From an uncultured SAR86 cluster bacterium (GTDB lineage Bacteria; Pseudomonadota; Gammaproteobacteria; Magnimaribacterales; D2472), in NCBI GenBank assembly GCA_902525635.1, contig CABZHV010000004.1:22859-86858 (forward strand): DNA of 64,000 nucleotides. Reading direction: 5' to 3'. Below, piece by piece: positions 1 through 9,329 of the stretch. Numbering within the stretch: position 1 is the stretch's first letter; every line of letters begins with the position of its first letter. Below the pieces are notes generated by a model. That model saw only the letters and a list, made by a program, of their open reading frames with translations. It was not told where the DNA came from and ran no database searches. The position numbers were made by a program, and so were the translations under genes.

Positions 1-1161
1 TTGTTCTTTCACAAGACCAGACCCTGGCACAACAATAGCTTCTGAAATATTTGATGCAATTGTTTTTCCCTTAACTATTTCAGCAGCCTGCCTTAAATCT
101 TCAATTCTGGAATTAGTACAAGATCCTATGAAAACTTTATCGAATGTTAAATCAGATAATTTTGTTTCATTTACAATACCCATATAGTCTCTTGCAAGCT
201 CAATATTCTTTTTGTTCTCATCAGTGGTATCAGATACTGTTGGAATTGATTCATCATAATTCAGCACCATCTCTGGTGAAGTACCCCATGTAACTTGTGG
301 TTTAATTTTTGATACATCTATGATTATTTCTTTATCAAATTTTGCATCATCATCTGACTTTAGAGTTTTCCAATACTCCTTTGCTTGATTAAAAATGTCT
401 TCATCAAGAAACGATTTACTTTTAACATACTCAATAGTTTTGTTGTCTGGGGCAATTAATCCAACCTTTGCTCCTGCTTCAATAGCCATGTTACAAATAG
501 TCATTCTTCCCTCTACAGATATGCTACTTATGTAAGATCCTGAAAATTCAATGGCATAGCCAGTTCCACCAGCAGTACCAATTTGTCCAATCAAATATAA
601 AACAATATCTTTCGAAGAAACATGTTCAGCTACCTCTCCTTCAAATCTAACATTCATATTTTTTAATTTAGAAACTTTTAGGCACTGAGTAGCAAGAACG
701 TGCTCAACTTCGGAAGTTCCTATGCCCATTGCTAAACAACCAAGTGCTCCATGTGTAGATGTATGAGAATCTCCACAAACAATAGTCATTCCAGGAATAG
801 TAAAACCTAATTCAGGCCCTATAACATGAACAATACCCTGTTTATTTGACTCTATATCAAATTGTTTAATACCAAATTTATTACAATTCTTGTCCAATTC
901 AACCACTTGAATCTTTGAAATTTCATCGGTTATTGATTCAGAATTAAAATTATTACCTCTTGTGGTTGGTACATTATGATCAGGAGTAGCAATGTTGGCA
1001 TTAAGCCTCCAAGGCTTTAAATTTTTCTTAATTAATCCCTCAAATGCCTGGGGAGATGTGACCTCATGCAAATAATGTCTATCAATATATAAAAGTGACT
1101 CTCCCGAATCGAGTTGGGTGACGTGATGCTCTTCCCAGAGTTTGTCGTATAGAGTCTTCAT
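1..1161 (-). CDS. leuC: 3-isopropylmalate dehydratase large subunit (partial; C-terminal end runs off the window start)
   Basis: Own reverse translation from the ATG at 1161 gives [44 protein letters not shown] mid-gene spot translation gives [23 protein letters not shown]. Bases 1-42 give [14 protein letters not shown]. All three are in one frame (387 codons). Absent from the ORF track because it is truncated. Confidence 0.85.
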   Translation of the reverse strand, partial: MKTLYDKLWEEHHVTQLDSGESLLYIDRHYLHEVTSPQAFEGLIKKNLKPWRLNANIATPDHNVPTTRGNNFNSESITDEISKIQVVELDKNCNKFGIKQFDIESNKQGIVHVIGPELGFTIPGMTIVCGDSHTSTHGALGCLAMGIGTSEVEHVLATQCLKVSKLKNMNVRFEGEVAEHVSSKDIVLYLIGQIGTAGGTGYAIEFSGSYISSISVEGRMTICNMAIEAGAKVGLIAPDNKTIEYVKSKSFLDEDIFNQAKEYWKTLKSDDDAKFDKEIIIDVSKIKPQVTWGTSPEMVLNYDESIPTVSDTTDENKKNIELARDYMGIVNETKLSDLTFDKVFIGSCTNSRIEDLRQAAEIVKGKTIASNISEAIVVPGSGLVKEQ

Positions 1162-1166
1162 TGTTT

Positions 1167-2249
1167 TTACTCACTAAATGGAAGATTTTGTTCAACATCA
1201 GCACATTGAGCTTTATTGATTAATAAATAATCCACTAAAACTAAACTAACCATAGCCTCGGCAATTGGCACAGCTCTGATGCCGACACACGGATCATGTC
1301 TTCCAGTAACCTCTATATCAACTTCATTACCTTCTTTATTTACAGTTTTTCCTTTTGTTTTAATACTTGATGTTGGCTTTATGATAAAACTTAGGCTTAT
1401 ATCATCACCGTTGGATATACCGCCTAGTATTCCTCCTGAATTATTTGAAGTAAAACCTGACGCTATTATTTCATCCCTTGCTTCTGAACCTTTAAGGTTT
1501 AAAAGTTCATCTGCATTACCAATTGATACTGACTTTACTGCGTTAATAGTCATTATTGCTTTTGCTAAATTAGCATCTAACTTCTCGAAAACTGGATCTC
1601 CCAATCCAACTGGACAGTTCTCAACAATAACTCCTAACTTTGCACCTACAGAATTACCCTCTTCAATTAAGTCTTTGAACATTAAATCTAGTTCAGACAA
1701 TTTTGATTCATCACTAAAAAAGTATTTATTATTTATGTTTTTATGATTAATTGAAGCAGCCTTCACTTTTCCTATTTCTGATACAAAACCATTTACTGAA
1801 ACACCCTCCTTTTTAAGAATCTTTTTAGCAATTGCTCCAGCAGCTACCCAATTTGCAGTTTCTCTAGCACTAGCTCTTCCACCGCCTCTGTAATCTCTAT
1901 GACCATATTTTGCTTGATAAGTAATATCTGCATGATTTGGTCTAAAAACATCTTTTATATTCGAGTAATCTTTAGATTTTTTATCTTTATTGTAAATTAT
2001 CATTCCTATAGGTGTGCCAAGGGTTTTTCCTTCAAAAACTCCAGACAAAATCTCTACAGCGTCGTCTTCTTTTCTTTGAGTAGTTACATCTGATTGGCCT
2101 GGCTTTCTTTTATCTAATTCACACTGAATATCTTCTTTTTTTAGCTCAATTTGAGGCGGACAACCATCTAAAATACAGCCCATAGCAATGCCATGACTCT
2201 CACCAAAAGTCGTAATTTTAAATATTTTTCCAAACGTATTGCCTGACAT
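1167..2249 (-). CDS. aroC: chorismate synthase
   Basis: 360-aa ORF with N-terminus [20 protein letters not shown] plus [11 protein letters not shown] and TGRHDPCVG motifs typical of AroC. Confidence 0.95.
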   Translation of the reverse strand: MSGNTFGKIFKITTFGESHGIAMGCILDGCPPQIELKKEDIQCELDKRKPGQSDVTTQRKEDDAVEILSGVFEGKTLGTPIGMIIYNKDKKSKDYSNIKDVFRPNHADITYQAKYGHRDYRGGGRASARETANWVAAGAIAKKILKKEGVSVNGFVSEIGKVKAASINHKNINNKYFFSDESKLSELDLMFKDLIEEGNSVGAKLGVIVENCPVGLGDPVFEKLDANLAKAIMTINAVKSVSIGNADELLNLKGSEARDEIIASGFTSNNSGGILGGISNGDDISLSFIIKPTSSIKTKGKTVNKEGNEVDIEVTGRHDPCVGIRAVPIAEAMVSLVLVDYLLINKAQCADVEQNLPFSE

Positions 2250-2327
2250 GGCGATAATTATAGTCCAAAAAGCTAAAAAAGCTTTATTTTAAAGGATTTT
2301 TGATATTATTTACTTTATGAAAAATAA

Positions 2328-3773
2328 TTATTTAGATAATAATAATTGGAAGTCTGCAACTGAAGTTTGTTCAAGCTTTTGCTGATTCATACATAAATCG
2401 AAAATTTTATTAGAGACTTCTTCATCATATGTAATTGCCAAATTGTCTTTAAATTTCTTTTCTAAAACTGGAATCCCTTCCTCTCTTCTTCTTTTGTGTC
2501 CAATGGGATATTCAACCTCAACCTCCTCTGTTGCTGTTCCATCATTAAAATGAATCTGAATTCTGTTAGCAATTGATCGCTTATCTGCTTCAAGATATTC
2601 CTTTGAGTATCTTTTATCTTCGTTGATAACCATTTTTTCTCTGAGTGCATCAATTTTTGGATCTTTTGCAATATCATCTTCGTAATCTTCTGCGACTAAA
2701 TTGCCTTTCAATAAACCAATAGCAACCATATATTGCAAACAATGATCTCTATCAGCAGGATTATTTAGCTCTCCAACTTTTGAAATGATTCTAATGGCAG
2801 ACTCATGTGTAGTGATTTCAATGGATTTTATTTCATCGATTTTATCTTTTATTTCTTCATGTAACTTTACTGCAGCTTCTACAGCAGTTTGAGCATGGAA
2901 TTCTGCTGGAAAGCTAATTTTAAATAGAATATTCTCCATAACATAAGTTTCAAAAGGTTGTGGTAAAGAAAGTTTTTCTCCATCGAATGAAACGTCTTCA
3001 AATCCCCAAACAGGTGCAGATAATACACCAGGATATCCCATCTCGCCTGACATAGTTATCATTGCTAGTCTTACAGCTCTACTAGTTGCATCCCCAGCCG
3101 CCCAACTTTTTCTTGAGCCCGCATTAGGAGCATGCCTATAAGTTCTTAAACTTTGACCATCTACCAATGCTTGACTCACAGCATCTTTAATTTGATAAAT
3201 AGAACCGCCCAGTAATTTTGTAGCTACTGCCGTTGAGGCAACTTTTACTAAAATGACATGGTCAAGTCCTACCTTATTAAAACTGTTTTCAAGGGCTAAA
3301 ACACCCTGTACCTCATGTGCCATAATCATTGATTCGAGAACAGTTCTCATAGTTAATGGATCTTTTGCATTAGCAACATTTTGTTGTGAAACAAAATCAC
3401 ATACCGATAATATTGCACCTAAGTTATCTGATGGATGGCCCCATTCTGCAGCAAGCCAAGTATCGTTGAAATCTAGCCATCTAATAATACAGCCAATATC
3501 AAATGCTCCTTTAACAGGATCTAATTCATAATTTGTGCCAGGTACTCTTACGCCAAAAGGTACTTTTGTATCTTTTACAATAGGCCCAAGCATTTTGGTG
3601 CAGGCAGGAAATTGTAAGGCTAAAAGACCACATCCAATAGTATCTATAAGACAATTTCTAGCAGTATCTAATGCTAAATCAGATTTAATTTCATAGTTTG
3701 AAACGTAATTAGCAATTTCAGAAATAAGTCCATCAAACCCAGGTCTGACATTCAGATCAACATTTGATGACAT
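2328..3773 (-). CDS. prpD: 2-methylcitrate dehydratase (MmgE/PrpD family)
   Basis: 481 aa. N-terminal region ALDTARNCLIDTIGCGLLAL...LGPIV is typical of PrpD. Lies 3 nt downstream of prpC in the same orientation. Confidence 0.88.
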   Translation of the reverse strand: MSSNVDLNVRPGFDGLISEIANYVSNYEIKSDLALDTARNCLIDTIGCGLLALQFPACTKMLGPIVKDTKVPFGVRVPGTNYELDPVKGAFDIGCIIRWLDFNDTWLAAEWGHPSDNLGAILSVCDFVSQQNVANAKDPLTMRTVLESMIMAHEVQGVLALENSFNKVGLDHVILVKVASTAVATKLLGGSIYQIKDAVSQALVDGQSLRTYRHAPNAGSRKSWAAGDATSRAVRLAMITMSGEMGYPGVLSAPVWGFEDVSFDGEKLSLPQPFETYVMENILFKISFPAEFHAQTAVEAAVKLHEEIKDKIDEIKSIEITTHESAIRIISKVGELNNPADRDHCLQYMVAIGLLKGNLVAEDYEDDIAKDPKIDALREKMVINEDKRYSKEYLEADKRSIANRIQIHFNDGTATEEVEVEYPIGHKRRREEGIPVLEKKFKDNLAITYDEEVSNKIFDLCMNQQKLEQTSVADFQLLLSK

Positions 3774-3776
3774 ATT

Positions 3777-4898
3777 TTATGACCTATCAGAGATATCAAT
3801 CCATTCGGATGACTCAACACCAACATAGTCAGCACTCGGTCTAATAATTCTATTATTTGCTCTTTGCTCCATACAATGAGCTGTCCAACCAGAAACTCTT
3901 GACATCACAAATATTGGTGTAAATAGTTTTGTTGGTATTCCCATATAAAAATATGCTGGAGCATGAAAAAAGTCTGCGTTAGCAAACATTTTCTTTTCAT
4001 CAGCCATTACTTTCTCAACCTCTTCTGCTACTTGATATAAAGTATCGTTTTCAGCTAATTTGGATAACTCTTTTGCATGTTCTTTGATAACAGCATTTCT
4101 TGGATCTCTAATTGAATAAACAGCATGCCCAAAGCCCATAATTTTTTCTTTATTACACAGCATCTCAATAATTTTTGATTTTGCTTCTTCTTTGGAAGTC
4201 CAATTTTCGATTAACTCCATTGCTTTTTCATTAGCGCCGCCATGAAGTGGCCCTCTCAATGAACCTATAGCTGCTACCACACATGAATGAATATCTGACA
4301 TTGTTGACGCACAGACTCTTGCTGTAAAAGTTGAAGCATTAAATTCGTGTTCGGCATACAAGATAAGAGAAACATCCATTACTTTTCTATGCAAATCTGA
4401 AGGTGTTTTTCCATGAAGAATATTTAAAAAATGACCGGCCATACTATCTTCATCATTTACAAGATCGATATCTAAACCCTCATGAGAATATTTATACCAA
4501 TATGTAACAATTGATGGCATTGTTGCTATCATTCTATTTATAGAATTTAGCTGATTAGAAAATTCTCCTTCAGGTTCTAAATTTCCTAACATAGATGTAC
4601 CAGTTCGCATTACATCCATAGGATGAGCTGACGATGGAATTTTTTGCAGAACTTGTTTTAATGAGTCAGGAAGATCTCTTAAACTTTTAAGTAATTTCTT
4701 ATATTCTTCTAATTCTGTTTGATTGGGGAGTTTATCGTAAAGTAGAAGGAAGGCCACCTCTTCAAAAGAAGATTTTTCTGCAAGTAATTCAATTTTATGT
4801 CCCCTATAAGCTAATCCTTCTATTTGGCCTACAGTGGAAAGTGATGTTTCTCCCGCAACTTGTCCTCTTAAGCCAGCTCCCTCTAATTTTTTTGTCAT
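3777..4898 (-). CDS. prpC: 2-methylcitrate synthase (citrate synthase family)
   Basis: 373 aa with citrate-synthase motifs GPLHGGANE and MGFGHAVY..RDPR. Flanked by prpB and prpD, with a 4-nt overlap with prpB. Confidence 0.88.
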   Translation of the reverse strand: MTKKLEGAGLRGQVAGETSLSTVGQIEGLAYRGHKIELLAEKSSFEEVAFLLLYDKLPNQTELEEYKKLLKSLRDLPDSLKQVLQKIPSSAHPMDVMRTGTSMLGNLEPEGEFSNQLNSINRMIATMPSIVTYWYKYSHEGLDIDLVNDEDSMAGHFLNILHGKTPSDLHRKVMDVSLILYAEHEFNASTFTARVCASTMSDIHSCVVAAIGSLRGPLHGGANEKAMELIENWTSKEEAKSKIIEMLCNKEKIMGFGHAVYSIRDPRNAVIKEHAKELSKLAENDTLYQVAEEVEKVMADEKKMFANADFFHAPAYFYMGIPTKLFTPIFVMSRVSGWTAHCMEQRANNRIIRPSADYVGVESSEWIDISDRS

Positions 4899-5767
4899 GA
4901 ACCTTCCTTTTTATTTTCAAACTGTTCATCAAGTTCTTTTTCAAATTTATAATAATCAAGAACTTCATACAATTCTTCTCGGGTTTGCATTATATCTAAC
5001 AGTGGCTCTTGTGTCCCGTCTTTGATAATTGAATTATAAATTTTTTCAGCAGAAGCACTCATTGCTCTAAAAGCTGTCAACGGATACAGAACCATATCAA
5101 CACCAACATCACAAAGTTCTTTTTGTGAAAAAAGTGGTGTTCTTCCAAATTCTGTAATATTTGCTAATAAAGGAGCTGAAAAATTTTTTTTAAATTCCTT
5201 GTAATCATCAATTGAAATAGCTGCTTCAAGAAAAATACCATCAGCACCAACATCTAAATATTCTCCACATCTTTTGATGGCTTTCTCTATTCCTTCAGAC
5301 GCAATTGCATCTGTTCTTGCCAAAATAAAGAAAGATTCATCAATTTTTGAATCTACCGCTGACTTCAATCTATCTTTCATCTTTGAAACAGAAACAATTT
5401 TTTTATTTGGTCTATGGCCACATCTTTTATCAAAAACTTGATCTTCAATATGCACTGCTGCCACACCAGCATTTCCCATTTCAACAACTGTATTTGAAAC
5501 ATCTCCCCATCCAGTATCAATGTCTACTAAAAGTGGGAGTGAAGAAACATTTGTAATTCTTTTAGCATCTATCAAAACATCTTCAAGCGAAGTCAATCCG
5601 AGATCCGGAAGACCATAAGAGGCAGCTGCAACTCCGCTTCCTGAAAGATAAATGGCTTTATGATTAGCTACTTCGGCTAACTTTGCTGAATAAGCATTTA
5701 TTGCACCAGGTATTACTAATGGATTATTATTTTTTAAAGCATCTCGAAATTTTTTACCAATTGTCAT
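4895..5767 (-). CDS. prpB: methylisocitrate lyase
   Basis: 290 aa of the isocitrate lyase/PEP mutase family: DIDTGWG, HIEDQ and the KRCGHRPNK catalytic loop. Operon context with prpC and prpD. Confidence 0.9.
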   Translation of the reverse strand: MTIGKKFRDALKNNNPLVIPGAINAYSAKLAEVANHKAIYLSGSGVAAASYGLPDLGLTSLEDVLIDAKRITNVSSLPLLVDIDTGWGDVSNTVVEMGNAGVAAVHIEDQVFDKRCGHRPNKKIVSVSKMKDRLKSAVDSKIDESFFILARTDAIASEGIEKAIKRCGEYLDVGADGIFLEAAISIDDYKEFKKNFSAPLLANITEFGRTPLFSQKELCDVGVDMVLYPLTAFRAMSASAEKIYNSIIKDGTQEPLLDIMQTREELYEVLDYYKFEKELDEQFENKKEGS

Positions 5768-5768
5768 A

Positions 5769-6428
5769 TTAATAATATTTAATTCCTCTAATAATTCTAT
5801 CCTTATTGTTTTTTCTTCTCCAACTATTAGTATCTCTTAAACTGTAAACACATCCACAATACTCTTGCTGGTAAAAATGTTCCCTTTTTGAAATTTCTAT
5901 CATCCTAGATGAACCACCAAGCTTTCTCCAATTAAAATCCCAATAAGTAATATTTTCATGTCTTGAAGCTGCTCTATGTCCTGAATTATTTATTTGATCC
6001 ATATCCTTCCATCTAGAAATTCCTAGAGTTGTTGCGTATATGTTAAATCCGTTCTCACTTGCAAAAAGAGCTGATCTTTCAAAACGCATATCGAAACATT
6101 TCGTACATCTTTCTCCTCTCTCAGGCTCATCTTCTAATCCCTTTATTCTTTCAAACCAATTTTCCTTATCATAGTCTCCGTCTATACAATTGAATCCAAC
6201 TTTTTCACAAAATCTTCTATTCTCTTCTTTTCTAATTTCATACTCATCAATTGGATGAATATTTGGGTTGTAGAAAAATACTGTTGTTTTTATGTCTGAT
6301 GCTGCTAATCCTTCTATTATTTCTCCAGAACACGGAGCACAACAACTATGAAGAAGGAGATTTTTTTCTCCATTGGGCATCTCTAATTTTGGCCTTTCAT
6401 AGTTTTTCAACGTTAATCTATCATTCAT
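5769..6428 (-). CDS. queH: epoxyqueuosine reductase QueH (DUF208 family)
   Basis: 219 aa with Cys-rich signature [21 protein letters not shown] and EYCGCVYS, as in QueH. Confidence 0.8.
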   Translation of the reverse strand: MNDRLTLKNYERPKLEMPNGEKNLLLHSCCAPCSGEIIEGLAASDIKTTVFFYNPNIHPIDEYEIRKEENRRFCEKVGFNCIDGDYDKENWFERIKGLEDEPERGERCTKCFDMRFERSALFASENGFNIYATTLGISRWKDMDQINNSGHRAASRHENITYWDFNWRKLGGSSRMIEISKREHFYQQEYCGCVYSLRDTNSWRRKNNKDRIIRGIKYY

Positions 6429-7032
6429 TTACAAATACCGAATTATTAATAATTGCTTTCTCAAGCTCATCATAATTATGAAAAGATTCTATTTCTGGAT
6501 ACTTAGACGAAATAATATCGGGAGCATTCATAAAAAATCCTTGATTGGCAACTTCAAACATCTGAATATCATTATGAGAGTCACCGGCCGCAAAACATCT
6601 ATATCCCATTTCCATAAATGCTGTTATTGCTTGTTTTTTTGCTTTAGGATGTCTAAGTTTATATGAAACTATCTCATCATCTACTATTTCAAGATTGTGA
6701 CAAAGCAAAAATGGATAACCAAGTTTTTTCATCAAAGGTTTAGCAATATCATGAAATGTATCTGACAAAATCACAACCTGAAAGTTTTTTCTTAAATTAG
6801 AAACAAATTCGAATGCTCCTGGTAAAAGTTCTACTGATGATGCTGCTTTTTGAACATCTGAGAGCTTCACACCCTCTTTTGACATTATTTTTAATCGCAT
6901 ATCCAACAACTCTTCATAACTTGGTATATCTCTAGTTGTTTTTCCTAGATCTTCAATTCCAGTATTAAAAGCGACTTTCTCCCATATTTCATCGGTTAGA
7001 GTTCCTTCCATATCCAAACAAACTATTTCCAT
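6421..7032 (-). CDS. thrH: HAD-superfamily phosphoserine phosphatase / homoserine phosphotransferase, ThrH-like
   Basis: 203 aa. [12 protein letters not shown] (HAD motif I), [16 protein letters not shown]. Appears colinear with Pseudomonas aeruginosa ThrH as I recall that sequence. Confidence 0.65.
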   Translation of the reverse strand: MEIVCLDMEGTLTDEIWEKVAFNTGIEDLGKTTRDIPSYEELLDMRLKIMSKEGVKLSDVQKAASSVELLPGAFEFVSNLRKNFQVVILSDTFHDIAKPLMKKLGYPFLLCHNLEIVDDEIVSYKLRHPKAKKQAITAFMEMGYRCFAAGDSHNDIQMFEVANQGFFMNAPDIISSKYPEIESFHNYDELEKAIINNSVFVNE

Positions 7033-7035
7033 AAG

Positions 7036-7932
7036 CTAACTATTTTTAATACCAAACGGCACATGTGCTGATGTGGTTGTTTCTATTGCATTCATAATAT
7101 GTTTTTTTTGATCATCAAAAAAGATATCTGCATCAAAAGATTCTAAAAATTTGGTTTTATCCATTCCTCCTAAAAACAATGACTCGTCTATGCGAACACC
7201 CCATTTTCTAAGAGTTTTTATAACTCTCTTGTCTGATGGAGCTGATCTAGCAGTAACTAGTGCAGTTCTTATTGGACACTTATTTATTTCAAAATCACTT
7301 TGAATTTTGTTCAGTTCAACCAAAAACGATTTAAATGGGCCTTCTTTAAGAACTGATTTAGCATTTACTTCATTTTTAATAAAAGCATCTAGCCCTTTTT
7401 CTTGAAAAACTTTCTCAGATTCATCAGAAAAAATAACAGCATCCCCATCAAAAGCAATCTTTAAAATGTCAGAATCATTTTTTTTCATTCTATCAAATGA
7501 TCTGGACATAATTGTTGCCGCAGCAACATTGCTTTTAATAGCTAACTTAACATCTTCTATGCTACTTGATAAAAATAAATGAACCCCAAAATCCCTCACA
7601 TACCTATGAGGACTCTCGCCACCACAAAATGCTGCTCTAGATATATTCAAATTATGATCCTCAATAGAGTTTCTTATCCTAAGTCCAGTATCTGAGGTAT
7701 TTCTTGATAATAAAATTACTTCTACTCTTTCTTTTCCATCATAAAGCTCATTAATATTTAGAATTTTTTTTACTAGATTGAATGCTTGTCCTGGTTTTAA
7801 AGTCTTGTCTTCATTTTCTATTTGATAATCTTGATAAGATTTTAGCCCTTTTTTTTTATAAATCTCATGACTAAAATCAAGGTCGAACAAAGCTCTCGAT
7901 GATATTCCAATAATTAACTTTGAATTTTGCAT
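7036..7932 (-). CDS. 5'-nucleotidase family protein (bacterial/eukaryotic cytosolic 5'-nucleotidase-like)
   Basis: 298 aa. IGISSRALFDL, ILLSRNTSDTGLRI, LFLSS and DGDAVIFSDESE resemble the 5'-nucleotidase family. Assignment is from memory only. Confidence 0.55.
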   Translation of the reverse strand: MQNSKLIIGISSRALFDLDFSHEIYKKKGLKSYQDYQIENEDKTLKPGQAFNLVKKILNINELYDGKERVEVILLSRNTSDTGLRIRNSIEDHNLNISRAAFCGGESPHRYVRDFGVHLFLSSSIEDVKLAIKSNVAAATIMSRSFDRMKKNDSDILKIAFDGDAVIFSDESEKVFQEKGLDAFIKNEVNAKSVLKEGPFKSFLVELNKIQSDFEINKCPIRTALVTARSAPSDKRVIKTLRKWGVRIDESLFLGGMDKTKFLESFDADIFFDDQKKHIMNAIETTTSAHVPFGIKNS

Positions 7933-7971
7933 ATTAATCTAACTTGTAAAAATATATATAAAAATGTATTA

Positions 7972-7991
7972 TACTGTATATATATTCAGTA
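7972..7991. promoter_or_regulatory. LexA (SOS) box TACTGTATATATATTCAGTA
   Basis: Matches the gammaproteobacterial consensus TACTGT-N8-ACAGTA at 19 of 20 positions (CTGT-N8-TCAG). Ends 11 nt upstream of the lexA ATG. On the + strand it is preceded by TTGTAA (7944-7949), a 17-nt spacer and TATTAT (7967-7972). On the - strand a perfect TATAAT (7968-7973) overlaps the box. Confidence 0.75.
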
Positions 7992-8001
7992 TTTTATTAT
8001 T

Positions 8002-8616
8002 ATGAAAAAAATAACTCCACAACAACAAAGGGTTTTAGACTGTATTCAAGTTTACATTAAGAAAACAGGTTTTCCACCAACAAGAGCAGATATTTGCAGA
8101 GAATTAGGATTCAAATCTCCCAATTCTGCTGAAACACATCTTAGAGCTTTAGAAAAAAAAGACTATATAACTATTGAAAGTGGTACCTCACGCGGTATTT
8201 CTATTAAGAATAAAGCTGTTATAGACAATGGTAATGAATATCCAGTTATTGGATTGGTTGCAGCTGGTTCACCAACCTTAGCAGAGGAAAATATTGAAAG
8301 AACAATAAATTGTCCTAAATCTTTTTTTGATTCCAATTTTGATTATTTTTTAAAGGTAAAAGGTCTTAGTATGAAGGATGCTGGCATAATGGAAGACGAT
8401 CTCATTGCAGTAAAAAAAACATCTGAAATTAAAAATGGAGATATTGTAATTGCAAGGTTGGAAGATGAAGTTACTGTAAAGTTTTTTAAAAGAAAGTCTT
8501 CAAAAATTGTTGAGTTGGAACCAGCAAACGAAGATTTTCAAAATATTGTTGTTAACTTAGAACAAGACAAACTTCATATCGAAGGAAAGAGTGTTGGATT
8601 ATTGAGAAAAAATTAA
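8002..8616 (+). CDS. lexA: LexA repressor (S24 peptidase)
   Basis: Start reassigned to the ATG at 8002 (MKKITPQQQRVLDCI); the track ORF starts at a TTG at 7927 that would run through the SOS box. Winged-helix N-terminus, Ala-Gly cleavage site (GLVAAGSP), catalytic Ser (GLSMKDAGI) and a Lys region. Confidence 0.95.
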   Translation: MKKITPQQQRVLDCIQVYIKKTGFPPTRADICRELGFKSPNSAETHLRALEKKDYITIESGTSRGISIKNKAVIDNGNEYPVIGLVAAGSPTLAEENIERTINCPKSFFDSNFDYFLKVKGLSMKDAGIMEDDLIAVKKTSEIKNGDIVIARLEDEVTVKFFKRKSSKIVELEPANEDFQNIVVNLEQDKLHIEGKSVGLLRKN

Positions 8617-8870
8617 TGAACTATATTCTCTTTTTTTAAGAATTTTTCTCTTTGCTTATCAAAAAATTCATCTAAGTCGCTTACATTACCACTTACGCTC
8701 TCAATACCAGCTCTAATCATTTCTTTTGCAACAGACAATTCTTGACCTTTCAAAAAATCTTTTGATTCTTTTGAAAATTCTATCTTTACAATAGGATTCT
8801 CTTTGTCATCAGATCTTCTTAGTACGATACTTCCATCTGGTAATTGAGCTAGTTCTAAATAATTTGTCAT
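8613..8870 (-). CDS. hypothetical protein (85 aa)
   Basis: Stop-free 258-nt frame in an AT-rich genome with an ATG start. No recognisable motifs. Its stop overlaps the lexA stop (TTAA). Confidence 0.45.
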   Translation of the reverse strand: MTNYLELAQLPDGSIVLRRSDDKENPIVKIEFSKESKDFLKGQELSVAKEMIRAGIESVSGNVSDLDEFFDKQREKFLKKENIVH

Positions 8871-8891
8871 TTTCTTAATTTAAATTAAAGA

Positions 8892-9329
8892 TTAACATTC
8901 ATCAAGCGTTTTTCTGATCAACTCGTTAAACGATTTATACTTACTTAATATCAAAGTAAATTTTTTCAAGTCATTTGATTTACTTGAGGAAATTATATTT
9001 GTATCTGATGTTGAAAAGATTCTTTTTTTTGAATCACTTATTAACGATATTAAGCCATCATCAAATAGTTTATTCTTAATTATATTTTTAATAACCTCAA
9101 TCTCCGTTAATTTAATCCATTTATAATCGAAACTAAGTTCATGTATAGATTCGATATCACTATTGATTGTTTTATAAATGTAATTAGCTTCACAATCTAA
9201 ACTGTTCTCAATACAAGAAAAAAATATCAATTGATTCTGATTATCTTTTGATGACTTATCAAATTTAATATTTTTTAAAATATCTTCTGATAAATCTATG
9301 TAAAGGTTTGAGAGCTCTTTATATTCCAC
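8892..9329 (-). CDS. hypothetical protein (145 aa), GTG start overlapping the topA stop
   Basis: 438-nt open frame in about 32% GC DNA. GTG start shares one base with the topA TAG (TAGTG). No internal Met and no recognisable domain. Confidence 0.5.
   Translation of the reverse strand: MEYKELSNLYIDLSEDILKNIKFDKSSKDNQNQLIFFSCIENSLDCEANYIYKTINSDIESIHELSFDYKWIKLTEIEVIKNIIKNKLFDDGLISLISDSKKRIFSTSDTNIISSSKSNDLKKFTLILSKYKSFNELIRKTLDEC

Noticed and set aside
1279-1746. 155-aa + strand ORF in the supplied track. The same applies to similar shadow ORFs, e.g. 3253-3531, 16413-16766, 20053-20415, 25854-26162, 27368-27730, 40407-40697, 43456-43755, 54654-54914, 56519-56914 and 62235-62450.
   Set aside because: Each lies entirely antisense to, or out of frame within, a gene with unmistakable conserved motifs (aroC, prpD, ACAD, NMO, carboxylases, TBDR, permease, fhs). 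They have low-complexity Ser/Pro/Leu/Ile-rich composition, no ribosome-binding site context and no recognisable domains. They are typical shadow frames of conserved genes.
2267-2290. Hairpin AAAGC-N7-GCTTT after prpD, considered as a terminator.
   Set aside because: It has only a 5-bp AT-rich stem and no convincing U-tract on the relevant (-) strand. It is too weak to call.
7849-7857. Homopolymer tracts (T9 here inside the 5'-nucleotidase gene, and T9 at 19137-19145 in rraA), considered as phase-variation switches.
   Set aside because: They encode Lys runs (AAA codons), which are common in AT-rich genomes. Their length is modest and they sit in housekeeping-type genes.
7927-8001. N-terminal extensions in the ORF track. 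These are lexA from the TTG at 7927, ACAD from 32633, hydratase from 30685, aldolase-II from 58886, TBDR from the TTG at 55459, the small membrane ORF from 57191, and acyltransferase from the GTG at 18240.
   Set aside because: The extensions start at non-ATG codons or overlap the preceding gene or the SOS box. An ATG with better context and a family-typical N-terminus lies just downstream in each case.
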